Virus record (IMG/VR): IMGVR_UViG_3300032102_000006
Origin: a virus
Strand: one strand, 5' to 3'
DNA length: 49,729 nucleotides
Part shown: piece after piece, positions 10,038-19,678 of the stretch
Numbering within the stretch: position 1 is the stretch's first letter
Layout: each line of letters opens with the position of its first letter
Program-made: the position numbers and the translations under genes
The notes under the pieces: generated by a model
Seen by the model: only the letters and a program-made list of their open reading frames with translations
What the model was told of the DNA's origin: nothing
The model's database searches: none

Positions 10038-11131
10038 TGTCTGTATACGCAGGGAAAAAGATTACTGCTATAGACTATAATGAGTTAGTTTCTAATACTA
10101 ACAAAATTTTTGCAGACAATTATTCGTCAAGTGCTCCTACAGTTGATCCTACACAGCAAGCACAACAGGCTTTTGGTTGGGGAAATAGCCCGGCTAGATT
10201 TGCTAGTATTGGGACTAAAGTATCCGCCGAGCTAGTCAATCAAGTTGTTGACCGTTTGAACATTGGTTCCGAGCATACTGGCGGACAATACGAGCTAGAC
10301 CGAGTCATATCTGGACAAAAAATTACAGCAAGTATTTGGCAAGATATTGAAACGGTTATAGCAGATATTGTACCTAATAAAAATATTGCCGCAGCAGGGC
10401 AGACTAGCTTATCCCAATTAGGTTCGGTTGCTCACGCAACTGGCTTTGGTAACACATTGACCTTTACAGTTGATTTGACTTTTGACAGTTATAACCAAGC
10501 TCGTTACTACTTTAACAGTGGTAGTTCCATTCACTTATCACTAGGACAAGTAAATGGAAATGCAGCAGCTAATAGCTGGGGTGTAGTATACGACAGACTG
10601 GGAGTTGTTTCTTTTAGCTTGTCTAATACGTTGTCTACTACTTCTAACATTATAAGTGAGAATAAAGGATTTGAGGACTTATCAGCAACTGAGCAGCTAT
10701 TACTTTCTTGCACTGGCCAAAGTAACGGCGGTTATGGCTATGGCTACGGCTACGGCTACGGCTACGGCTACGGTTATGGCTACGGATCAAGCAGCAATGG
10801 CAGAACTATACGAATCTATGGATCGATCCCTGCTGATAACCAGTCTGTAGTTAGACTTCGTGTAAGTTTAACCTACACTGACACCGAAGTTACCGGAACA
10901 CATACCCTTTATGTGGATGGACGTACAGCAACAGCTAAAACGAGCGGGTCTGTCCAATTTGAAATAACAACACCAACATTCTCTGGATCTTCTGTTGCCC
11001 CAGATGATCCTACGGCGACACCTGTATCGGAAGATACTGTAGTTAACGAAGGAAGTACAGTTACATTTAGTGTTACTACTACTGGTATAGATGATGGGAC
11101 GACTTTATATTGGACATCTAGTTTGGAATAA
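10037..11131 (+). CDS. Putative virion structural protein with (GY)9 tract
   Basis: 364 aa, S/T/G-rich. Repeated G.KITA motif, FD....ARYYFNSGSSI motif and a GY repeat; ends in half of a VNEG beta-sandwich module. Confidence 0.6.
   Translation: MSVYAGKKITAIDYNELVSNTNKIFADNYSSSAPTVDPTQQAQQAFGWGNSPARFASIGTKVSAELVNQVVDRLNIGSEHTGGQYELDRVISGQKITASIWQDIETVIADIVPNKNIAAAGQTSLSQLGSVAHATGFGNTLTFTVDLTFDSYNQARYYFNSGSSIHLSLGQVNGNAAANSWGVVYDRLGVVSFSLSNTLSTTSNIISENKGFEDLSATEQLLLSCTGQSNGGYGYGYGYGYGYGYGYGYGSSSNGRTIRIYGSIPADNQSVVRLRVSLTYTDTEVTGTHTLYVDGRTATAKTSGSVQFEITTPTFSGSSVAPDDPTATPVSEDTVVNEGSTVTFSVTTTGIDDGTTLYWTSSLE
10730..10783 (+). repeat. Hexanucleotide tandem repeat (GGYTAY)x9 encoding (Gly-Tyr)9
   Basis: Read directly: ggttat ggctat (ggctac)x5 ggttat ggctac. 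Confidence 0.95.
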
Positions 11132-11133
11132 AT

Positions 11134-12522
11134 ATGACAGAAAAAAAGAGCGGATCATTTCAAGTTTTAAATAATCAAGGAACTTTTACTGTTCCAATTG
11201 ACTTGGATCAACAAACTAGCGGCCAAAAAACCCTTCAAGTTCAAATAAGAAGAAATTCAACTACTGGACCGATAATAGGAACGTTGTCTTCTCCTATAGT
11301 TATAAATGATACGTCTTTTACTCCGGCAGGAACTCTTGTAAGATCAGAATGCCGCGGAGTTAATAAATGGGGAATTTACGCGAACGGTTCCGGCGGAACA
11401 TATGATCAATTAATACAAGAGAACAGTACAGATTGTGGCTATGTTGCACCACCTACATATCCAGTTGCAGGAACAGTATTAAGTCAAGGATGTGTTCCGG
11501 GAACCTATACTTATAGGATCGTCAAAGCGGATGGCAATGGCGGCACTTACAACGAAGATACGCCAAATAGCGTTCAATGCGGGTATACTCCCCCGACAGA
11601 AACATATTACATTTTCACAAGTTCTGCAAATGAAGTCAACGAAGGACAAACGTTTACTATATCTTTTTCAACAAATCTTACCGGTGCGTTCGGCCCTGGT
11701 AGCCCAGCATATACAATCACAGGAGTTACTTCTTCTGATATAGGTGGTGCTCCACTTAAAGGTTTTATAGGAAATGGTAATGTGTTGACATTCGATGTAA
11801 CTGCTGATAATGTTACAGACGGTAGAAAGACATTTACTATATCTTTAGATAACGGGTTGGCTAGTAAGAGTGTTATTATCAACGATACATCGTTATCTCC
11901 GGTGATTACACGTTCAGTTAATTGGTCTCCTTCGAACGGTAGTCTTATATTATTTGTTGCCAACAGAAATTTTATAGGATGGATAGGGGATATAACAAAA
12001 TCTAATATTCAAATTGATAACACAGAAAGAAATTCTATAATTTATGATCCTACAATGAGACAAAAAATAACCGAATTGATACAATATATGCAAACTCAAT
12101 TCGGAGTAACCATAAACGAATCGAATATAGATGCAGAATTAAACAGAGGTATCGATTCTTATAATTCTATAATAAATGAAGCTTTGGGTAATAATACTGC
12201 CGGAGTTTACTTACTAGCAGAAACACCAAAATTGACAAATCAAAATTCTTTTGATATTGGCGGCAAACGTTACACACGAACAACATTAAAATATAGTGCT
12301 GTTGATTTTGGCTTTCGTAATGATATAGATGTTAGCGGTGCTGCCGAAGAACTTACAACAGCCCTGGTTACTGAACTTAGCAATAATGGTATATCGGTTA
12401 ATGCTAGTCAAAGAACACAGATAAAAAATTTAATAATAGCCGTTCTTCAGTTACTGTCTAATACTCTTAACAGTATTACTGATAAAGTCGATCTATACGA
12501 TTATACTGAACAACCTGTATAA
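11134..12522 (+). CDS. Putative tail fibre/adhesin-like protein with Calx-beta/Ig-like modules
   Basis: Contains VNEGQTFTI...D.VTDG.KTFTI...INDTS modules and two Cys-bracketed repeats (aa ~64-103 and ~110-151). Confidence 0.55.
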   Translation: MTEKKSGSFQVLNNQGTFTVPIDLDQQTSGQKTLQVQIRRNSTTGPIIGTLSSPIVINDTSFTPAGTLVRSECRGVNKWGIYANGSGGTYDQLIQENSTDCGYVAPPTYPVAGTVLSQGCVPGTYTYRIVKADGNGGTYNEDTPNSVQCGYTPPTETYYIFTSSANEVNEGQTFTISFSTNLTGAFGPGSPAYTITGVTSSDIGGAPLKGFIGNGNVLTFDVTADNVTDGRKTFTISLDNGLASKSVIINDTSLSPVITRSVNWSPSNGSLILFVANRNFIGWIGDITKSNIQIDNTERNSIIYDPTMRQKITELIQYMQTQFGVTINESNIDAELNRGIDSYNSIINEALGNNTAGVYLLAETPKLTNQNSFDIGGKRYTRTTLKYSAVDFGFRNDIDVSGAAEELTTALVTELSNNGISVNASQRTQIKNLIIAVLQLLSNTLNSITDKVDLYDYTEQPV

Positions 12523-12539
12523 ATTGCTATTTTAGAAAA

Positions 12540-12545
12540 TAAATA
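12540..12545 (+). promoter_or_regulatory. TAAATA late-promoter-like box at the head of the modification cluster
   Basis: Intergenic TAAATA upstream of a GGAG SD (12570-12573). Confidence 0.5.
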
Positions 12546-12579
12546 TTAAACTAGCATTTAATACATTATGGAGATCTGG

Positions 12580-12939
12580 ATGGATGACAAACTAAAAGCG
12601 GCCCTTGAGTTTAGCAACTACCGCTTAACACTGAGCAATCAACGACAAAATCTCAAACAACGAATGAATACCATGTTAACCATTGGCTACATGAGTTCTC
12701 TCTTTACGGCAAAAATCGAACTACTTAATTTTGTAAAACAACTTATCGATCTCGGTGCAGAACGATATATCATTTTGGATGATAATGAAACTCCGGTATT
12801 GGTAAGCAATCTTCGAGAATTTCACGAAAAACTGTTTAGTGCCTACACTGAAGCACTTAATGAATACTATGTCGAATCCGAAAAGCTAAAAAAACAAAGA
12901 GACACTCGGGGGCTAGTTGGAGCCAATGAAGAAGTTTGA
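12580..12939 (+). CDS. Hypothetical phage protein
   Basis: The ORF track starts at 12568, but the GGAG SD favours ATG 12580 (MDDKLKAALEFSNY). Looks helical; no motif recognised. Confidence 0.7.
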   Translation: MDDKLKAALEFSNYRLTLSNQRQNLKQRMNTMLTIGYMSSLFTAKIELLNFVKQLIDLGAERYIILDDNETPVLVSNLREFHEKLFSAYTEALNEYYVESEKLKKQRDTRGLVGANEEV

Positions 12940-13822
12940 TTCGGGTATATTGCTAATTGCCTACAACAATGGTAAAATAGCATATGAAAAATTAGCACTG
13001 ATTGCGGCTAGATTAGTCAAGTTGCATATGAAGCACAACCATGTTACACTGCTAACAGACACGCCAACACTGGCAGCACTTGAAGCAGCTCTGCCCGTTG
13101 ACTTGTTTGTTAAAACGTTCGATCACATTATTGTAGAAGATATTGCACACGAACAAAATACAAGGACACATAGAGACAGTCCTTGGACAGAATTTACAAC
13201 GCAGTTTAACAACAAAAACAAACATAGCATTTTTGAAAAAAGTCCTTACAACAAGACCTTGATGATTGATGTGGACTACTTAATCGGTAACAACACCTTT
13301 GATGCAATATTTGAAACTGATACTGAAATAGCCATGTATAAGGATGCTATTAGTGTTAGAAACTACAAACCTAGAATATGGGAACAAAAACTGCACCCAG
13401 ACGGTATAGACATGTGGTGGTCAACTGCTATCTACTGGCGCGCCGACAGCGAAACAGCAAGATTATTTTTTGATCTTTGGGAGCATGTCAAGGAAAATTA
13501 TAGCTACTATAAATGGCTGTATAAGTTTCCAGGCGTTCTATTTAGAACAGACTATGCGGTTAGTATAGCAGCACATATTTTAAATGGACATAAACAGGGG
13601 AATTTAATACACGAATTACCTGGAAAGACCATGCGGTTCAGTGAGCAAATAGATGATATTGCTAGCGTTGATGGAGCAGCAGATTTACTTTTAGTTTGCC
13701 CTGACCCTAAAGAATTATGGAAAAATATTGCCAGCAGAATTAAAAATGAAAACGTTCACGTTATGAACAAGATGGCAATATTGAGACACTACGAAAAAAT
13801 TAAACGTATAATATATGAGTGA
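12926..13822 (+). CDS. GT-A fold (GT8-like) glycosyltransferase-like protein
   Basis: GILLIAYN start, SPYNKTLMIDVDY (DxD) and FRTDYAVSIA. GGAG SD before ATG 12926. Confidence 0.65.
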   Translation: MKKFDSGILLIAYNNGKIAYEKLALIAARLVKLHMKHNHVTLLTDTPTLAALEAALPVDLFVKTFDHIIVEDIAHEQNTRTHRDSPWTEFTTQFNNKNKHSIFEKSPYNKTLMIDVDYLIGNNTFDAIFETDTEIAMYKDAISVRNYKPRIWEQKLHPDGIDMWWSTAIYWRADSETARLFFDLWEHVKENYSYYKWLYKFPGVLFRTDYAVSIAAHILNGHKQGNLIHELPGKTMRFSEQIDDIASVDGAADLLLVCPDPKELWKNIASRIKNENVHVMNKMAILRHYEKIKRIIYE

Positions 13823-14654
13823 AGGTTATTTAATTGTTGGCTGTTCTATGAAGAACCTAACGCAAGTCGAACTGCTGGCTAAAAGCATTAGACTTGCAGA
13901 TCCTGCACGTCCTATTAGTATTATTAGTCACGAAGCCGGCCTTAAAGATTATATCTTACATATCGATCAGGAAATACTTTTTGAAAGCAAGCGAATGAAC
14001 AGTACCGCTGTATACTTTCACTCATTGTTAAAAAGCCCTTATGAAAAAACAATAGCGTTTTTGCCTGATCAGCTACTGATAGATTTTAATACAGATGTAT
14101 GGGAAAACTTGCGAGGGATGAACAGTATTGTAATTCCTAAAACAGTTAAGAGTTTTAACGGCGAAATAATTTCAGCAGACCAAACAGCTCGCGGTCAAAT
14201 AGAACAACAAAGTTTTAGTGAACAGTCGGTTTTAAATGCTATATTTTTTAATCGAAACAAAGCATGTGATTATATTTTTGGTATGTGTAGCTTGCTAGCA
14301 CATAATTATAACCAAAATACTTTTATAGATTTTTTTGCAGGACAAAATCATAGTATGCCAAGTTTTCCTGAGAAAATATGGCCATCGTGGTTATTATCTA
14401 TGATGGCACAGATGTTGCCTGCTAAAATTACTAAATTTAATTTTTTAGAATGTGTTGATTTAAGTCCCCGAGAGCAGTGTTATACTAATAATAATTGGGC
14501 AACAAAAGCATGGCCTGAGTTTTTGTCATGCTGGGTAAACGATACTGGCAGTATAAAAATTGAAAATTTTGTACAGACTGGCTTGGTTAAGTATAATACA
14601 AGTAGTTGGTTAACTGATGCAAATTTAACCAATCTACGCCGCAGATATATTTAA
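13815..14654 (+). CDS. Degenerate GT8-like glycosyltransferase paralog
   Basis: GYLIV...LAKSIR...SPYEKTIAFLPDQL parallels the upstream gene, but DxD is reduced to LPD. Confidence 0.5.
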   Translation: MSEGYLIVGCSMKNLTQVELLAKSIRLADPARPISIISHEAGLKDYILHIDQEILFESKRMNSTAVYFHSLLKSPYEKTIAFLPDQLLIDFNTDVWENLRGMNSIVIPKTVKSFNGEIISADQTARGQIEQQSFSEQSVLNAIFFNRNKACDYIFGMCSLLAHNYNQNTFIDFFAGQNHSMPSFPEKIWPSWLLSMMAQMLPAKITKFNFLECVDLSPREQCYTNNNWATKAWPEFLSCWVNDTGSIKIENFVQTGLVKYNTSSWLTDANLTNLRRRYI

Positions 14655-15599
14655 ATGGACAACAACACAGAATTTGACGTACAAAAAACTATTCTTAAAA
14701 AGAAAGATGTTAAGAGTAGTAAATTCTTTGTTGGCTATAATAAAATAACAGGGCAAGTTTATTCAGTATCGCCTGCCGAACCTGAAAACCTCCCATTTTT
14801 TGAAACAGATAATTACCTATTAGTTAAAAATTTATTTGATAATAAAATAACTTTACATAAACTCAAAGCGGTAAGAAACAATCTTGGTCAACTAGTACTA
14901 GCAGAAAAAACATCAACGCGCCGCAGCGAATTTAATTATATCACCGCCGAAATAAATTTACAAGCATTTGTGCAGTTGTCCTGTGATTTAGTTTCTAAAC
15001 GAATAACAATTAAATTTATTGACGAATTATTTAAATTAGCTTATACTAATAATAGTATAAACGAAGAAATACTAGGGTCGTTGCCGGACTATATCGAAGT
15101 CAATTGTTTTAATGCATTTGATCCCGGAAAGTTCTCCGGAAAGATTATAATAGATGTTGATGCCATATTTAAAAATAAACAGCAAAGTATACAGGCTGTT
15201 TGGTTGCCAGATGACCCTGTTGAATTTAGCCAACTAAAGTTTATGCATTATGATTTTGGATTAAAGATAAGTCCAGAATATCAAGATAGGCCGTCAGAAG
15301 CTAAAAATAAAAACGAGCGTCCTGTTATTGTTTATAAACAAACTCAAAACCAATTAGAGCTACAAAGTTTAATAGAGCAAGCTGATAATTTTAGACTAGC
15401 TGCAACCATCGAGTTCTTTATAACAGAGTACAACGACCCTGGTAAAATATTAGATGTTGTAAGTGTAAATAGCAGTAGATTAAATGATTACGCAAAGACA
15501 ACTATTTCTTTAGCAACAAATAAACCAGTACAAGTAATTTCCAATTATGATTATTTGTCTATTAAGGATGTAAATGAAAGCACCTATTACGAATTTTGA
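14655..15599 (+). CDS. Hypothetical protein
   Basis: 314-aa ORF abutting its neighbours; no recognisable motif. Confidence 0.7.
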   Translation: MDNNTEFDVQKTILKKKDVKSSKFFVGYNKITGQVYSVSPAEPENLPFFETDNYLLVKNLFDNKITLHKLKAVRNNLGQLVLAEKTSTRRSEFNYITAEINLQAFVQLSCDLVSKRITIKFIDELFKLAYTNNSINEEILGSLPDYIEVNCFNAFDPGKFSGKIIIDVDAIFKNKQQSIQAVWLPDDPVEFSQLKFMHYDFGLKISPEYQDRPSEAKNKNERPVIVYKQTQNQLELQSLIEQADNFRLAATIEFFITEYNDPGKILDVVSVNSSRLNDYAKTTISLATNKPVQVISNYDYLSIKDVNESTYYEF

Positions 15600-16545
15600 C
15601 ATAGTTTTTATCAGTTATGATGAACCAAATGCTGATAAAAACTATGCAGACTTATTAACAAAAGCGCCCTGGGCAAAAAGAGTGCATGGGGTTAAAGGCT
15701 TTGACGCCGCACACAAAGCAGCAGCTCGAGTGGCAACTACTGATAGATTTATCACCGTCGATGCTGACAATATTGTGCGAGATGAATTTTTTACTATTGA
15801 ACTTGACATGGACAAGATTGGTCGTCACGATGTTATCAGTTGGGCAGGCAAAAATATTGCCAATGGTCTAGTCTACGGCAACGGTGGTATTAAACTATGG
15901 CCCAAGCACGTAGTCGAACAAATGAAAACACACGAAGCGGCCGAGGACCCAAAGGCACAAGTAGATTTTTGTTGGGACATTTATTATTTTCAAATGAACA
16001 ATATCTACTCTGATGTGCATAATAATGCTAGTGCTTATCAAGCGTTCAGAGCAGGCTTTAGGGAAGGAATTAAACTTTTGTTAGAAGGTGGACAGCCCGT
16101 CGATCCAAGACTACTTAAACAGAGAGTGCATGATAGAAACTACAAGCGAATGTTAGTTTGGTCTAGTGTCGGAGCAGATGTTGATAACGGACTTTGGATG
16201 CAGTTTGGTACTAGACTAGGGGCGTACATGTCTAACCTAGCTAGAGATGAGTTTGACTTTACGCTAGTTAGAGATTATGACTGGATTGACGGATTTTGGG
16301 AAGCAAGCATACAACCGCAGTTTGTTGGCACTACTGGGAAATGCACAGCAACAGGCTGGACTTATGATGTTGAGTTGTTAAAAAAGAAAATATTTACATT
16401 TGGCGAAACACTACGCAGCAGACTAGGTTTGGAAATTGCAGAGTTAGATGCTAACGGTAGCCGCATGTTTAAAGAAAGTTGGATCAATCCTCCTCGCCTT
16501 GGTGCATTAGTAAAAGAAACAGAAGTGGATAATAGCATACAATGA
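15574..16545 (+). CDS. Glycosyltransferase-like protein (NGLVYGxGG family, copy 1)
   Basis: DIVFISYDEPNAD, FITVDADN (DxD), NGLVYGNGGIKLW and AFRAGFRE. Confidence 0.6.
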   Translation: MKAPITNFDIVFISYDEPNADKNYADLLTKAPWAKRVHGVKGFDAAHKAAARVATTDRFITVDADNIVRDEFFTIELDMDKIGRHDVISWAGKNIANGLVYGNGGIKLWPKHVVEQMKTHEAAEDPKAQVDFCWDIYYFQMNNIYSDVHNNASAYQAFRAGFREGIKLLLEGGQPVDPRLLKQRVHDRNYKRMLVWSSVGADVDNGLWMQFGTRLGAYMSNLARDEFDFTLVRDYDWIDGFWEASIQPQFVGTTGKCTATGWTYDVELLKKKIFTFGETLRSRLGLEIAELDANGSRMFKESWINPPRLGALVKETEVDNSIQ

Positions 16546-17939
16546 CTTCTATAAAACAATTTAAACAGCAACTCGATGCAGTAAGCCCTAGTTTTTGTGT
16601 TGCAAAGTGGAAACAGGTGACATTGCATTTACAAACCGGACACAATCATAGTTGCCATCACCCAACTGTACATAAAATCCCGCTGGGAGAAATTGCAATA
16701 AACCCAGCAGCACTGCACAATACTAATTTTAAAAAACAACAACGCAAGAAGATGTTAGAAGGAACTCGTCCTTCTGAATGTGAATATTGCTGGAAAGTAG
16801 AAGACAGTCATGAAGATGCAATAAGCGACCGTGTATGGAAAAGTCATGATGTGTGGGCACAGCCTTACATGCAAGAAGTTGCAGCATTGCCGTGGGATGC
16901 AGACATTAGTCCTAGCTACTTAGAAGTTAGCTTTAGCAGTGTTTGCAATTTTAAATGCAGCTATTGCACTCCGCAGGTAAGCAGCGCATGGATGGACGAA
17001 ATTAAACAGTTTGGCGCATATCCTACACATGATCGATTTAATGACATCACTTGGTATAATGCAGCAGGGCAAATGCCTATCCCTCATAATCAAGATAATC
17101 CCTATGTAGATGCGTTTTGGGCATGGTGGCCCGGCATTTACAAAGAATTAAAACATTTTAGAGTCACAGGTGGAGAGCCATTGTTAAGTAAGGACACATT
17201 TAAAGTTCTTGATTATATTATAGAGAATCCTAATCCAGACCTTGATTTAAGTATCAATAGCAATATGTGTATTCCTGAAGCACTACTTGAAAAGTTTATA
17301 GAAAAAGTAAAAATAATTTGCAGCGAGAAAAAAGTTAGACGATTTAAGATATTCACAAGTGCAGACGCGCACGGCGCAGCAGCAGAATATATTAGAAACG
17401 GTTTAGATTATACTGCATGGTTGGCTAATATACAACGGGTATTAGACCAAGTCCCAGAATGCACTTTTACAATTATGAGCACGTATAATTTACTCAGCGT
17501 TGCAAGTTATTTAAAATTCTTAGAAGACGTTGTTGCTATTAAGAACAAATACGGCGGCGCAACCGGTCGCCCTAATCCTTTAATATTAGATACTCCTTAT
17601 TTGAGATACCCAAGCCATCAGTCTATTTTTCTTTTGCCAAACAATGCGGCAGAATTTATACAAGAACAAGTTGATTTTATGCAACAGCACATGGAAGATC
17701 GTAATGATCCTGCAAAAATAAACACAGGGTTTGCAGAATGGGAAGTTGAAAAGTTTAAGAGAATTTTAGAACTAATGCGATCAAAGGATGAAATTCAGGG
17801 CAGAGTATTGCAATCGCATAAAGATTTTGTTGCATTTGTTGATGAGCACGATCGTCGTAGAGGAACAGATTTTAAAAAGACTTTTCCAGAGTATGTAGCA
17901 CTTTACGACTACTGGAAAGCAAACCCAATAACAGGTTAA
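16542..17939 (+). CDS. Radical SAM enzyme with N-terminal Twitch/SPASM-like domain
   Basis: CNFKCSYC and TGGEP. N-terminal FCVAKW...SCHH...CEYC. Confidence 0.9.
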   Translation: MTSIKQFKQQLDAVSPSFCVAKWKQVTLHLQTGHNHSCHHPTVHKIPLGEIAINPAALHNTNFKKQQRKKMLEGTRPSECEYCWKVEDSHEDAISDRVWKSHDVWAQPYMQEVAALPWDADISPSYLEVSFSSVCNFKCSYCTPQVSSAWMDEIKQFGAYPTHDRFNDITWYNAAGQMPIPHNQDNPYVDAFWAWWPGIYKELKHFRVTGGEPLLSKDTFKVLDYIIENPNPDLDLSINSNMCIPEALLEKFIEKVKIICSEKKVRRFKIFTSADAHGAAAEYIRNGLDYTAWLANIQRVLDQVPECTFTIMSTYNLLSVASYLKFLEDVVAIKNKYGGATGRPNPLILDTPYLRYPSHQSIFLLPNNAAEFIQEQVDFMQQHMEDRNDPAKINTGFAEWEVEKFKRILELMRSKDEIQGRVLQSHKDFVAFVDEHDRRRGTDFKKTFPEYVALYDYWKANPITG

Positions 17940-17943
17940 AATT

Positions 17944-18825
17944 ATGAGCAAAGTAAGAATAGCATTTTGCATAAGTGGTCAGCCCAGGACCTGGCGCAAA
18001 TGTGTACCTGGCTGGAAAAAGTTTGAGCAACGCTTGAAAGAAATAACAGGTGCCGAGCAGGTTGATTATTTTTGCCATGCTTGGGACTTTAACACTCCTC
18101 CGCATGTTGTCTTGGCTAACGCTGTTGATAATACTGGTATAGCTGAAACTTATACCAGTGTAAAAGGAATTACAATTAGTCAGCAGGAAAAAGAAGATTT
18201 AATTGCAGAAATAAATCCCGTTAGTATCAAATGGGAAAACGAATCTGTAAGCAAGCGAAGGTCCTCTATAACATGGGAACGCGGCACTGTAAATGCAAAT
18301 GAACATGGACAGCCGGTTATGGCCTGGGCTGCAAGTCAATTCTATGGAGTTATGCAAGCTGCTGAACTTAAAAAAACATACGAATACGAAAACTTTTTTA
18401 CATATGATTATGTTTTTAAATTGAGATTTGATTTATTTTTAGACGATCATCAAATTGATTGGTTTTTTAATAAGGACAGCGGAGACTTTGTCGAGCCAGC
18501 ACATAATACAGTTTATACCTGTCATACTAGAAAAGATCCTGCACAATTCCCCTTTCACAGATTTGGTGACATATTTTGGTATAGCGATAGTTATTCTTTT
18601 GATAAAATCTCTAGGTTCTATGACTGGCTACCTTGTATAGGTTCTAGAAGCTTTATTGGCAATGATATTGCTACTGAGCATGTGCTTTATTTTTATGCTA
18701 AAATGTTAAAAATGTCAGTCAGGGCAATATCCATCGATCCGAAAATATTTAGACAATCAAATTATTTAGAATTAAAACAACAAGCAGGATTTGCAGAAGG
18801 ATTAGGCGGCCATGAGCTTATATAA
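17944..18825 (+). CDS. Putative glycosyltransferase-like protein (SGQPR family, copy 1)
   Basis: IAFCISGQPR, DYFCHAWD, YDYVFKLRFD and GDIFWY. Confidence 0.5.
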   Translation: MSKVRIAFCISGQPRTWRKCVPGWKKFEQRLKEITGAEQVDYFCHAWDFNTPPHVVLANAVDNTGIAETYTSVKGITISQQEKEDLIAEINPVSIKWENESVSKRRSSITWERGTVNANEHGQPVMAWAASQFYGVMQAAELKKTYEYENFFTYDYVFKLRFDLFLDDHQIDWFFNKDSGDFVEPAHNTVYTCHTRKDPAQFPFHRFGDIFWYSDSYSFDKISRFYDWLPCIGSRSFIGNDIATEHVLYFYAKMLKMSVRAISIDPKIFRQSNYLELKQQAGFAEGLGGHELI

Positions 18826-19678
18826 TTTTAAACACGAAGCAAGCGACAAAGAAAATATTTTTGTAAAACCTTTTAAGATTGCTGTCTGTCTCAGCGGGCA
18901 ACCCCGACACTGGAGAACAGCAGCAAAAAATATTCATCACTTTTTTGAACAGCAAAAAATTCACCACGATCTCGGCACAGAAATGAAAGTTGATTACTTT
19001 ATTCACACATGGGATACAAACACTTGGAGGAAGCCAAAAACAGATCATGCAGTGTTTGAAAATGTTAAACATGAAGATGCCCGAGATATACATAAGGAAT
19101 TTAATCCTAAAGGCATGATATGCGAAGAATTTATACAAGATAACTTTGCATTAGCATGGGATCCGATGTTTTATAGCTTTGCTCGCAGCATAAGATTAAA
19201 AAGAGAATACGAACTTGCAAATGATATGCAATATGACATTGTGATCAAGGCAAGATTGGATACGATTTACAATCCAAATTGGACTATGAATTACGGGCGT
19301 TGCTATCCTGGAGTATGCTATACTAGTACTCCGATTACAAAATTCCCAAGTGAATTTAATTACAATAATTTCGACGATGTATTATTCTGGGCCAACAGTC
19401 CTACTATGGATCTAGTTGGAGAACTTTATAATAACAATTTACGTTTATTAAATAGTCAGTATAAACTACAAAATGAAGCCGGCACGGATCTAGATCCTGC
19501 ATTATACTATGGCCCTGGTTGTTCTATATACAAATACCTAACAGACAACGGGCTTCATCCTGAAGGTAGTAGAATTATAGAATATGCCGTTGTTAGAGAA
19601 ACAGCAACGACTGAAAATTTAGATAGCATTATTGATTATGACGAAATTAGAAAAAAATGGTTTGAGTGGTACATTTAA
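18812..19678 (+). CDS. Putative glycosyltransferase-like protein (SGQPR family, copy 2)
   Basis: IAVCLSGQPR, DYFIHTWD, YDIVIKARLD and DDVLFW; clear paralog of the previous gene. Confidence 0.5.
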   Translation: MSLYNFKHEASDKENIFVKPFKIAVCLSGQPRHWRTAAKNIHHFFEQQKIHHDLGTEMKVDYFIHTWDTNTWRKPKTDHAVFENVKHEDARDIHKEFNPKGMICEEFIQDNFALAWDPMFYSFARSIRLKREYELANDMQYDIVIKARLDTIYNPNWTMNYGRCYPGVCYTSTPITKFPSEFNYNNFDDVLFWANSPTMDLVGELYNNNLRLLNSQYKLQNEAGTDLDPALYYGPGCSIYKYLTDNGLHPEGSRIIEYAVVRETATTENLDSIIDYDEIRKKWFEWYI

